Positions 1 through 9,179 of a stretch of 51,949 nucleotides of DNA are shown in pieces. The stretch is taken from assembly GCA_041802645.1 (NCBI GenBank), contig JBHCHC010000208.1, positions 1-51,949 on the forward strand, in the 5' to 3' direction. The translations under genes and the position numbers were made by a program. This DNA is from Moraxella sp. Lineage in GTDB: Bacteria > Pseudomonadota > Gammaproteobacteria > Pseudomonadales > Moraxellaceae. The notes beneath the pieces were generated by a model. That model was not told the origin of the DNA and made no database searches. It saw only the letters and a program-made list of their open reading frames with translations. Every line of letters starts with the position of its first letter. Positions within the stretch are counted from its first letter, which is position 1.

Positions 1-627
1 ACTTCCATCAGTTCTATGTCTGCTCATCATAAGAGGGGTGGGGTAAGATGGGATATTTTTAAAAATATGGCAAAGGGCTTGGTGCTAGGGAGTCTTGTTG
101 GGGCATGGGTTGCCACCATGATAGATGGCAGATCACTACAAACCATCATCGGTGGTGGTGCGGTATTGATGGCGATAAAAATGCTGTTTTTCCCCAACAA
201 AGAAAATATCGAGAAACCTGTGCCCAAGGATTATGCACAAAGTGCGGTGGGTGTTGTAATTGGTCTGCTTTCGGCGATTTTCGGTATTGGCGGGGGAAGT
301 TTGACTGTGCCTTATCTGTCACATAATGGCGTACCAATGAAGCAGGCGGTGGGAACAAGTGCGGCATGTGGTTTGCCGATTGCTATCGCTGGAGCGGTAG
401 GGTTTATGTGGTTCGGAAGAGAAACCATCAGCAATCTTAACGTATCTGGCACGGTCGGTTTTGTGCATGTAGGAGCTTTTGTCAGCATCAGCATTGTTAG
501 CTTTGTGATGGCAAAAGTGGGGGCAAAACTTGCACATGTTCTGCCTGCAAAGACACTCAAACGCGCGTTTGGTGTGTTACTGCTTGTGGTGGGGATTCAG
601 ATGATATGGGGTGGAGTGACAGGTTGA
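1..627 (+). CDS. Sulfite exporter TauE/SafE (TSUP) family membrane protein, 5'-truncated by window edge
   Basis: Frame is open from base 1. Multi-TM protein with GIGGGSLTVP and AVGTSAA motifs typical of TSUP. Confidence 0.85.
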   Translation, partial: TSISSMSAHHKRGGVRWDIFKNMAKGLVLGSLVGAWVATMIDGRSLQTIIGGGAVLMAIKMLFFPNKENIEKPVPKDYAQSAVGVVIGLLSAIFGIGGGSLTVPYLSHNGVPMKQAVGTSAACGLPIAIAGAVGFMWFGRETISNLNVSGTVGFVHVGAFVSISIVSFVMAKVGAKLAHVLPAKTLKRAFGVLLLVVGIQMIWGGVTG

Positions 628-754
628 TGTATCGTCATTGAGGCTGTTAGGTATGCGTTATTGGTTTTGGTTTCGCTGATAACAAATTTTAATATCTAAT
701 ATTTTTTCAAGGGCTTTTTGGTTTCATGAGTGTCATTTAGTAATTTCACATGTC

Positions 755-788
755 AAAAAGAAAGACCTCTTGAATGCCAAGAGGTCTT
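755..788 (-). terminator. Intrinsic terminator of tyrB
   Basis: 11-bp inverted repeat AAGACCTCTTG/CAAGAGGTCTT (762-772/778-788) followed by a T-rich run on the minus strand, just after the tyrB stop. Confidence 0.8.
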
Positions 789-802
789 GATGTTTTAAAG
801 GT

Positions 803-1999
803 TTATTTTAATACCTGTGCCATGCTGTTGGCGACGTATTCTACGTTTTGGTTGTTCAGCCCTGCGATGCACATCCGTCCGTTATCCACCATATACACGG
901 CAAATTCAGATTGTAAGCGTGCAACCTGTTCAGCGGTCAAACCAGTAAAGCTAAACATGCCACGCTGTTTGGTGAAGTAGCTAAAATCACGCTCGGGCAG
1001 CTTGGCGGTCAAGATGTCTTGGAGCTTTTGACGCATTTCACGGATGCGGTCTCGCATTTCATAGACCTCGCCAACCCATTGATGGTAAAGCGTGTCATCA
1101 TTCATCACAATATCTACCACACTGTTACCGTGAGAAGGTGGGCTAGAATAGATGCGACGAACGGTGAATTTTAACTGCCCTAAGACGCATTCTGCCTCAT
1201 CCTTGGTGGGAGCCACAACTGACAAACCACCGACACGCTCGCCATAAAGTGACAGGTTTTTTGAAAAAGAGTTGGATACAAAGACGGTAAGACCTTTTTC
1301 CACCGCTAGGCGAATGGCATAAACATCGCCTTCCATGTCATCGCCAAAACCTTGATAAGCGATATCCATGAATGGGATGAGCTCATGTGCTTTGATGATG
1401 TCAAGCACGATGTTCCATTGCTCATTCGACAAATCCACACCTGTGGGATTGTGACAGCAGGGATGTAAAAGTACCACATCGTTTTTGTTTAGCGTTTTTA
1501 AAAACTCACACATCTCATCGAACTTTACGCCAATGGTGGCGGCATCATAATAGGGGTATTTACCAACTTCCATGCCAGCACCTTCAAAGATGCTGATGTG
1601 ATTGCCCCATGTGGGATTGGAGACGTAGCATTTGGCGGTGGGAAACCACTCGTGAATAAAGTCTGCACCTACTTTTAATGCCCCTGAACCGCCAAGCGTG
1701 GCAATGGTTGCAACTCGTCCATCTTGGATAACTTGGGCATCTTGACCAAAAAGTAGGTTTTGACATGCTTTTTTATAACCTGCTAAACCATCCATGGGTA
1801 GGTAGCCGCGAGGTTTTGGGGGATTAGCGATTTGAGCCTCAGCGGTCTTGACGCATTCTAAAACGGGCAACTTGCCATCTTCGGTATAGTACACGCCCAC
1901 GCCAAGGTTGACTTTAATGTCGGTGCGTGGGTCATTGGCAAACTTATCCATGAGACCTAAAATCGGATCGCCAGCATAGGGGGTAACGTGTTCAAACAT
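803..1999 (-). CDS. tyrB: Aromatic amino acid/aspartate aminotransferase (class I PLP)
   Basis: 398 aa. Motifs DPILGL, HPCCHNPTG, DIAYQGFG and SFSKNLSLYGERVG (PLP lysine). Confidence 0.9.
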   Translation of the reverse strand: MFEHVTPYAGDPILGLMDKFANDPRTDIKVNLGVGVYYTEDGKLPVLECVKTAEAQIANPPKPRGYLPMDGLAGYKKACQNLLFGQDAQVIQDGRVATIATLGGSGALKVGADFIHEWFPTAKCYVSNPTWGNHISIFEGAGMEVGKYPYYDAATIGVKFDEMCEFLKTLNKNDVVLLHPCCHNPTGVDLSNEQWNIVLDIIKAHELIPFMDIAYQGFGDDMEGDVYAIRLAVEKGLTVFVSNSFSKNLSLYGERVGGLSVVAPTKDEAECVLGQLKFTVRRIYSSPPSHGNSVVDIVMNDDTLYHQWVGEVYEMRDRIREMRQKLQDILTAKLPERDFSYFTKQRGMFSFTGLTAEQVARLQSEFAVYMVDNGRMCIAGLNNQNVEYVANSMAQVLK

Positions 2000-2208
2000 A
2001 ACAACTACCTTTATTGTGAAAAATTAAACGATATCAGTATAACGCAAAATACACCAATTGTGGGGAAAATTTTGGGGTAAATCCACCAAATTACAGAGTC
2101 TTAAAAAGCGTATCACTTCAGCTGCCAGCCAATCATCAAGCGTTATAAACTTAGAAAATTCTTTGGCAATGAAATGATGGGTAAAGACTCAGATGGCATA
2201 AAGATCAG

Positions 2209-3147
2209 TTAAGAATCCTCATGAGTTAGCGAAGCCGTTGTTGGTTTGCTTACCAAAAAATCCCCCGCATTGTTAATCAAAAACTCTTTGAAGGCGAGAG
2301 CTGCCGGCGATAGTGAGCGGTTCTTGTGGGTGTATAGTAAGAACTTGCGTTCTACCACGGGTTCACTGATGGGACGCATGACCAGACCATACAACTCTAC
2401 CCATTCAGCAGCATAAAGCAGACATAAAGTCACGCCAAGCCCCATGCGAGTCATGCCCAGAGCGGTGGAGAGAAAGTTGATTTCAAAATCAGGATTGAAG
2501 ATGCGACTAGAAATGTTGTTAGGCAATTCATTTTGTAGACTTTTGATGAAAGGCCCATTGAGTGTGATGAGTTTTTCATCCAACAAATCCGTCCAAAAAA
2601 TCTCCTCTTTTTGGGCAAATGGGTGACTGGGCGGTAGCACCAAATAAAAAGGCGAGCTAAATAATATATCAACATGCAAGTCATCAGAATAAGGACGTTC
2701 AGGAGCAACTCCCAAGTCTGCCTCTAGATTCTCTATATGCTCCACCACATCATCGACCGAACAGTCGGTCAGCGTGACCTGAATATTAGGGTGTAACTCA
2801 CAAAATTTAGCAACAAATTTTGGCATGGTGGATGCTGACAACTGCTGTGAGACGGCTAGGCGAACGTGTCCTTGGTGCAATGATTTTAGGTTATTGACTT
2901 TCTCATTGAGCACCGACATCTCATTGAGCACGCGACGTGCCTGAGGCAGTAGCCGAGTGCCAGCATCTGACAAGTGTAACTTGCGGGTGGTGCGGTCAAA
3001 GAGTTTGACATCAAGATTTTGTTCTAGTTCTTTGATGAGTCCGCTCAGAGCAGACTGAGTTAAACATAGGGTTTCGGCGGCTTTGGTGAAGCTGTTTTGT
3101 TCGGCAACTAAGACAAAGGCTTTGAGTTGGCGTAGCGTGGTGCTCAT
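2209..3147 (-). CDS. LysR-family transcriptional regulator
   Basis: N-terminal HTH SFTKAAETLCLTQSALSGLIKELE..LFDRTTR; 312 aa. Confidence 0.95.
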   Translation of the reverse strand: MSTTLRQLKAFVLVAEQNSFTKAAETLCLTQSALSGLIKELEQNLDVKLFDRTTRKLHLSDAGTRLLPQARRVLNEMSVLNEKVNNLKSLHQGHVRLAVSQQLSASTMPKFVAKFCELHPNIQVTLTDCSVDDVVEHIENLEADLGVAPERPYSDDLHVDILFSSPFYLVLPPSHPFAQKEEIFWTDLLDEKLITLNGPFIKSLQNELPNNISSRIFNPDFEINFLSTALGMTRMGLGVTLCLLYAAEWVELYGLVMRPISEPVVERKFLLYTHKNRSLSPAALAFKEFLINNAGDFLVSKPTTASLTHEDS

Positions 3148-3335
3148 TATTATCTACCTTGATAAATACATAAGATGATATTATAAATGATAATGAGCAA
3201 GATACAAGGGGGCTGACGAAAATTTTTAGGTCAGTTCTGGCTCGCTTTTGGAATGAAAATTGGGCTGAGTCGTCCTGATTTCTTGGGAAAAAACATGTGG
3301 AAAAACAGCCAAATTGCCTAAATAAGGCGTGATTG

Positions 3336-3344
3336 TGCTAAAAT
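3336..3344 (+). promoter_or_regulatory. Putative extended -10 promoter of recN
   Basis: TGCTAAAAT about 35 nt upstream of the recN ATG. Confidence 0.4.
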
Positions 3345-3379
3345 ACGTCATTTATTAACATCAAAAAAACGGAATACTC

Positions 3380-5056
3380 ATGCTAACTGCCCTAACCTTA
3401 GAGAATTTGGCTTTGATTAAACATCATGAAATTGTTTTTGATGAGCGTTTTAATGTCATTACTGGCGAAACAGGTGCAGGCAAGTCATTGATACTAGATG
3501 CTTTATCGCTATGCGTGGGTGGACGTGCTGAGGCGAGCATGGTGCGTTTTGGAGAAAGTGAAGCATCTGTTTTTGGCGAATTTGATGTGACAAATAACGA
3601 CGGTGTCAGCCAATGGTTTGCCGAACATGACAGAAAATTAGAAGAGGAGACGTTGCTTATTCGTCGTAAAATTACGTCTGGCGGACGTTCTAAGTCGTGG
3701 ATAAATGGTGTGCCTGCTAGCATCAGTGAGCTAAAGTCCTTGGGTAGCATCTTGGTGAACATCCACTCTCAGCATGCAGGATTGGAGTTGCTAAAGCCAC
3801 AGTTTGTCATCGACTGGCTAGATGAGGTTGGTAAGCTACACGAATTAAAACTTGCCACCAAAAAGGCGTTTGGAGTGTATCATCGTCTAAAAAAAGAAGC
3901 AGATGAAGCACGTGCCATGTCAAGTCAGCGAGCAGATCGTATCGCATTACTAACTTCAAGACTGGGCGATGTTGAACCATTATTGGCGGTGAGTTTGGAT
4001 GAGGTTGAGCAAGAATATGATGAGCTGTCTAACCTTGAAAATCTCATGCAGTCAGCAGTACAAGCAGCTGCACACCTAGATAATGATGAGATTAGCGTGT
4101 CAACCCTACTGGGGCGTAGCCAAAAAATCTGTGATAATCTGTCTGATAAAAGCCGAGTATTTGCCGAATGTAGCGACTTGCTTGCTCAGGCATCAGAGCA
4201 GGTGGATGATGCGGTGGCACGACTCATAGATTATGCCGAACAGTCACTGCCTGATGAGGAGCGGTTGGAGGAATTAAACACGTTGATGAGTCTAGCACAT
4301 CGTCTTGCCAAAAAATATCATATTACGACTGATGAGCTGACCACGCAAGCAAGCCAATGGCAACAAGAGCTTGATAAATTAGAGTCCATGCCTGATGATG
4401 AGGCGATGGATGAGCAAGTGGCAGGCGCTTGGCGAGCGTATGTGGCATTGGCAGGTGAGCTTCATAAAAAGCGGGTTGATATTGCCCCAAAAGTTGCCGA
4501 TGAGTTGGCAGATCGCCTGTCTGCACTTGCCCTGCCAAATGCCAGTTGTGTCTTTGAGTTTGAGCAAAGAGAGCCTAATCAGTATGGTGCAAATGGCATC
4601 TCCGAGGTGTCACTCATGTTTAGTGCCAATGTCGGTATGCCAATGCAGCCTTTGCATAAAGTAGCATCGGGAGGTGAGTTGTCTCGTATGGCATTGGTCA
4701 TGCAGGTCATGAGTGCAGGTGTGAATCAAGGGGTACGTCCCACGCTCGTATTCGATGAGGTGGATGTCGGCATTAGTGGTGGCACAGCACAGGTGGTGGG
4801 TGAGCTGTTGAGAAGTCTTGGCAATCATCAGCAGCTATTTGCCATCACACATCAGGCACAGGTCGCTGCTGCTGCCCATCGTCATATCTTGGTGCATAAA
4901 GAACATGGCGAGCAGACGAGTAGCCATCTGTCAATCATCACAGGCGAGGCACGCATTGAGGAGTTGGCACGCATGTCAGGAGGGGTTAATATCACCCAAG
5001 CGACCCGTGCACACGTGCAAGGATTGCTTGATGATATCAACAATAGGGCGCAGTAA
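3380..5056 (+). CDS. recN: DNA repair protein RecN
   Basis: Walker A GETGAGKS, IHSQH, coiled coil, ASGGELSR signature, FDEVDVG Walker B, ITHQAQVAA. Confidence 0.97.
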   Translation: MLTALTLENLALIKHHEIVFDERFNVITGETGAGKSLILDALSLCVGGRAEASMVRFGESEASVFGEFDVTNNDGVSQWFAEHDRKLEEETLLIRRKITSGGRSKSWINGVPASISELKSLGSILVNIHSQHAGLELLKPQFVIDWLDEVGKLHELKLATKKAFGVYHRLKKEADEARAMSSQRADRIALLTSRLGDVEPLLAVSLDEVEQEYDELSNLENLMQSAVQAAAHLDNDEISVSTLLGRSQKICDNLSDKSRVFAECSDLLAQASEQVDDAVARLIDYAEQSLPDEERLEELNTLMSLAHRLAKKYHITTDELTTQASQWQQELDKLESMPDDEAMDEQVAGAWRAYVALAGELHKKRVDIAPKVADELADRLSALALPNASCVFEFEQREPNQYGANGISEVSLMFSANVGMPMQPLHKVASGGELSRMALVMQVMSAGVNQGVRPTLVFDEVDVGISGGTAQVVGELLRSLGNHQQLFAITHQAQVAAAAHRHILVHKEHGEQTSSHLSIITGEARIEELARMSGGVNITQATRAHVQGLLDDINNRAQ

Positions 5057-5209
5057 TCTTGGTGCTTGATAAGGCTTGTAAAATGGGGATTTTACCTCAT
5101 TATCAGTCAAAACCATCCAAGCTCAAGATTATTTTATTGCATATTGGGCTACCCAATGAAATCAAATCAAACAACCCATTTACCATTTGACCATCCCAAG
5201 TGAGATAAT

Positions 5210-5767
5210 TTGAAAAAACTTCACCATTTTACTCATCATTTTTTATTGCCCAGTCCGTCCATGCCTGATGAGCGGTTCGCAGGAGCCCTCATTTATGTCT
5301 GTCGTCATAGTGGTGAAGGAGCATGGGGATTCATGGTCAATAAACCATTACCCGCTTCTCTTGGGGGGCTGCTTCATGAGTTTGACCTACCCGTCAATCA
5401 AAAAGCAATGAAAACCCCCATTATGCATGGTGGATTTATCCGTCCTGAGGCAGGCTTTGTGTTACATACAGGCTTACCGGAGTTCGCTTCATCTTTCGCC
5501 ATCAGCGAGAATGTCTGTGTCACCACCAGCAAGGATGTCTTAAGCTTAATTTCCAATGACAGTTTACCGCATTTTTTACTGTGTATGGGTTTTTGCCATT
5601 GGGGTGGTGGTCAGTTGGAGGCGGAAATCAGTGAGCAAGACTGGCTTGTTTGTCCTGCTGATTTGGAAATTTTATTTCGCACGAACTTTTCTGACAGGTT
5701 GGCTTTGGCTTATGATAAGCTGGGCATCAACCCTGATAAATTCATCTCAAATATAGGCTTTGCTTGA
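5210..5767 (+). CDS. yqgE: YqgE/AlgH (UPF0301) family protein
   Basis: MPDERF..LIYVCRH..GAWGFMVNKP, GFVLH and WGGGQLEAE motifs; directly upstream of ruvX as is usual. Confidence 0.9.
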   Translation: MKKLHHFTHHFLLPSPSMPDERFAGALIYVCRHSGEGAWGFMVNKPLPASLGGLLHEFDLPVNQKAMKTPIMHGGFIRPEAGFVLHTGLPEFASSFAISENVCVTTSKDVLSLISNDSLPHFLLCMGFCHWGGGQLEAEISEQDWLVCPADLEILFRTNFSDRLALAYDKLGINPDKFISNIGFA

Positions 5768-5786
5768 TACGCATTAATATTAATTC

Positions 5787-6281
5787 ATGAATGATATGAC
5801 AACCCCCACCTTAATCCTCGCCCTAGATTTTGGGGTTAAAAAAATGGGCATGGCACTTGGTAATAGCCTTACAGCGGATGCGCGCCCCTTTGATATTTTG
5901 GCGATGAATAACGGTCAGCCTGACTGGGATAATTTACTTGGCATCATTGAGCAGTGGCGAATCAATGTGGTGCTGGTCGGTCTGCCTCTGAATATGGACG
6001 GTACAGATTCCATGCTCTCAAAGCGTGCATCTAAATTTGCTCGCCGTCTGTCGCACCGCTTAGGAGAGCGGCATTTGTCTGTACGGGTGTATATGTATGA
6101 TGAGCGTCTTTCATCAAAAGAGGCTCGGATATTAGCATGGGAGCGTGGTTGGATAAAGCGTGATATCGATCCCATTGATGATGTGGCGGCATGTTTGCTC
6201 ATTGATGGGTTTTTTTGCTCGCCAGAGGCTGCTTGTTATGTTGGCAATTATCATGATAATGAACACAAGGGCAAGGATTGA
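5787..6281 (+). CDS. ruvX: Holliday junction resolvase-like / pre-16S rRNA nuclease RuvX (YqgF)
   Basis: LALDFGVKKMGMALG, VGLPLNMDG, DERLSS and IDDVAA motifs. Confidence 0.93.
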   Translation: MNDMTTPTLILALDFGVKKMGMALGNSLTADARPFDILAMNNGQPDWDNLLGIIEQWRINVVLVGLPLNMDGTDSMLSKRASKFARRLSHRLGERHLSVRVYMYDERLSSKEARILAWERGWIKRDIDPIDDVAACLLIDGFFCSPEAACYVGNYHDNEHKGKD

Positions 6282-6326
6282 TTGCCGCCCCTTTTTATTA
6301 GGCAAGTGACATAAAGTAGGAAAAGA

Positions 6327-6821
6327 ATGAGTCATCACCCCACAAATCCTCCAAGATCTGACCGCCATCAAACAATCATGGCGGTGATTCGCCAGGCCAT
6401 CACTTTAGCAGATATCAGTGTGTATCTAGGCTATGGAGCGATTGTGTGTTTTTGTGTGTTTGGAACGCTGGCGAGCATGGCAGCTTTTAGGGAGAATGCG
6501 GTCATTTATTGGGCATTTCATTACCTGCCTTATCTGCTGATTGGCTTATCCATGCCCATCAGTTTGTATCATCTATTCCTGCTTGGTCGGTATCGCATCA
6601 TTCAAAAAGGTATTTTGAAGATGATTTTAATGGTGGGTGCAGGTTTGCTTGCATTTGCTTTTGCCATGGCAATCAAAGGGGCAACACTGGCATTTTACAT
6701 GAGTTTATTTTTGGCGATGATAGCGTGGTTTGGCATGCCATTTTTATTTCGGGTAAATTTTAAAAAATTTTTGCAGTTTTTGCACAGCCAAGGCAACAGT
6801 GAGAATCAGCCCAAGGCATGA
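6327..6821 (+). CDS. Hypothetical membrane protein (about 4 TM segments)
   Basis: 164-aa ORF with AGGA RBS-like sequence and hydrophobic segments; no family recognised. Confidence 0.7.
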   Translation: MSHHPTNPPRSDRHQTIMAVIRQAITLADISVYLGYGAIVCFCVFGTLASMAAFRENAVIYWAFHYLPYLLIGLSMPISLYHLFLLGRYRIIQKGILKMILMVGAGLLAFAFAMAIKGATLAFYMSLFLAMIAWFGMPFLFRVNFKKFLQFLHSQGNSENQPKA

Positions 6822-6874
6822 ATAACCCACCAACAGGTGGGCTTGGCATCAGTTCAGTTCGGTCAACTCAGCCA

Positions 6875-7198
6875 TCAAATCAACCCACTCACCACCGCCG
6901 ACTGATACAATCGTTTGGCACGACTGCCTGTACCGCAAAACACCATCACAGGCTTGGGTAGGTCGCTAAGCAGATGGGCAAATGCAGTAACGGTATCTAA
7001 GTGCAGACTCTCAGCATCTACAGGCAAATGGCGGTAGGATAGCCCCACTTGTTTGGCGCTTTGTGACAGTTCATCAGTCTTGGGCTGACCCTCTATCTCA
7101 TTATCAAAACGCAGGTTAATCAGACTCTTAAACCCCATACTAGATAAGGTTTGACATTGACAAGGGTGAATTTGCTTATAGAGGGTAATGTCGTTCAT
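6875..7198 (-). CDS. DUF442 / TIGR01244-like (Blh N-terminal-type) phosphatase/sulfurtransferase domain protein
   Basis: GFKSLINLRFDNE..QP, YRHLPV, LPKPVMVFCGTGSRA (CxxGxR loop). Start placed at ATG 7198 behind a GAGGA RBS. Confidence 0.75.
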   Translation of the reverse strand: MNDITLYKQIHPCQCQTLSSMGFKSLINLRFDNEIEGQPKTDELSQSAKQVGLSYRHLPVDAESLHLDTVTAFAHLLSDLPKPVMVFCGTGSRAKRLYQSAVVSGLI

Positions 7199-7439
7199 GT
7201 CGTCCTCGGTAATTTGTATGCATGACTGTATCTTATCCAAAAACATCAAGGCTTGCAACGCCAATTTGGCATAAGCTTATGAAATAATTTTTAAATTTTA
7301 AGAAATTTTTATCTTTTTGGAATAAGCATTTTGGCATGAGGGTTGATTAAGGCGGTCAAACATCACAACGCCATGAATATTTTATTCCGTTGCCTTTGTT
7401 ATGTTACACGCCACTGCTAAGCAGCGTATTAAATGGTGG

Positions 7440-9164
7440 CTATTTGGTGGTGGCTAACAATGTTTTCACCGCCATGCTGGTACTTAAAAAGACTTGTCCA
7501 CTCAGATGGGTGATGACAGGCGTATGTTTTAATGCATCCATCACAGGACCTTTGATTTCAGAGAAATGCAGTTGTTTGCCTTTTTTCTGTAAAGTGGTGT
7601 TAAAATCTGCAAGCATCTCTTGAGCGGATAAGTCCACGTGATTGACCGCAGTCATGATAAGAACGATGTGATGAGCGTGGTCATGTTGATGGTAAAGACT
7701 GTCTAAGGTGTTGCGAACGGTGGATACATTGCCAAAATACAGGCTTTCATCAATGCGAATCAGCACAATGTCATCGAAGGTGCGTACGTCATGACGGTGG
7801 ATGTTTCTAAAATGCTCGCTATCACCGACTTGTCCTACCATCGCAATGTGTACACGATGCGAGCGGTAGATGAGAAGGGCGAAGCTGACCAGCAGCCCTG
7901 TAATGAGCCCGATGTTTAACCCAAAGCTTACACACACCAAAAAAGTAATGATAAGAGCCAATGCTTCATGTTTATCGTAGGCATAAGATGTCTTAAAGCT
8001 TGCCACATCAATCATGGCAATGGCAGAGGTGATGATGATGGCAGATAGGACAGCATAAGGCAGTCCTGTAATAAATTGCCCTAAATACATCATAATTACC
8101 AACACACCCAAGCTGCAGACGATGGAGGATAAAGGTGAGTTTGCCCCTAAGGCGACATTAAGACCGGTGCGTGAAATACCACCAGATACAGCAAATCCAC
8201 CAAACAGAGCACTTGCGATGTTGGCAAGGCTTAGTCCTTTGAGCTCTTGATTGGCAACGAAAGGTTCATGACGAATGCGTGCCAGATTGCCCGCCACGCT
8301 GGCACTAGAGATAAAGGCAATCAAAGCAATGAGTAGGGCAGATGGTAATAGCGTGGTGATGATGTCAATGCTGATGATGGGGATAGTGGGTAGCGTAAGA
8401 TTGACAGGCAGAGGGGCAAGCGTGGCAATACCAAAGCCTTCTAGTTCATAATAACGAGCCATAATGATGGTAACAGTCACCATCACAACGATAAAAAAGC
8501 GTGACACATGAGCATGGATGTGCTTGGGTAATAGGCGATATAGGAGACCATGTATGAGTGTGGGATAATAGCGATTCACCATCAGCAGGGCAAAAACGGT
8601 CAGTCCAAGTAAGGCAGTTGGCGGGTGAATAAAGCGGTCATACCCAACAAGGTTCATCATCATTTCTGTTAAGCTACTACCCACCAAGGGCATGCCTAAG
8701 AGGTGTTTTAATTGCCCTAAAATGATGAGTGCTGCCGCTCCGCTGATGAACCCACTTGCCACACCACGACTGACGAACTGCATTATCCAGCCCAGCCTAA
8801 GCAGATGAGCCACTGCCAAAATCACTCCAACCATGAGAGCCAGTGTGACTGCCATGGCTTGGTATTGTAAGCTGCCGAGTGCATAAGATGACAGTGCCCC
8901 TGCTGTCATAATAGCAGTAATGGCGACTGGACCAACAGCATTGACCGAGCTGGAGCCGACATAAGCATACACCAAGGTCGGCACGATGGCACTATATAGA
9001 CCCATAATGGGAGGTAGTCCTCCCAACACGGCATAGCCCAGACTTTGAGGAATGACCAATACTGCCATCATAAGCCCTGTGCTTATCTCAGGCAGAGCAA
9101 GTTTGGGCTGTCTTAAAAATACCAAAAACCATGCAGGAATGAGTAAGTGGGTAAACTTTTTCAT
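7440..9164 (-). CDS. SulP-family inorganic anion transporter with C-terminal STAS domain
   Basis: IPQSLGYAVLGGLPP..GLY, VGPVA, GGISRT and STAS RIDESLYFGN motifs. Confidence 0.93.
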   Translation of the reverse strand: MKKFTHLLIPAWFLVFLRQPKLALPEISTGLMMAVLVIPQSLGYAVLGGLPPIMGLYSAIVPTLVYAYVGSSSVNAVGPVAITAIMTAGALSSYALGSLQYQAMAVTLALMVGVILAVAHLLRLGWIMQFVSRGVASGFISGAAALIILGQLKHLLGMPLVGSSLTEMMMNLVGYDRFIHPPTALLGLTVFALLMVNRYYPTLIHGLLYRLLPKHIHAHVSRFFIVVMVTVTIIMARYYELEGFGIATLAPLPVNLTLPTIPIISIDIITTLLPSALLIALIAFISSASVAGNLARIRHEPFVANQELKGLSLANIASALFGGFAVSGGISRTGLNVALGANSPLSSIVCSLGVLVIMMYLGQFITGLPYAVLSAIIITSAIAMIDVASFKTSYAYDKHEALALIITFLVCVSFGLNIGLITGLLVSFALLIYRSHRVHIAMVGQVGDSEHFRNIHRHDVRTFDDIVLIRIDESLYFGNVSTVRNTLDSLYHQHDHAHHIVLIMTAVNHVDLSAQEMLADFNTTLQKKGKQLHFSEIKGPVMDALKHTPVITHLSGQVFLSTSMAVKTLLATTK

Positions 9165-9179
9165 TATCCGCTGTCACTT

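Noticed and set aside
240-248. Pasteurellaceae uptake signal AAGTGCGGT
   Set aside because: Only one copy noticed, inside a CDS; no enrichment of this or of the Neisseria DUS.
3148-3379. LexA/SOS box upstream of recN
   Set aside because: No CTGT-N8-ACAG seen.
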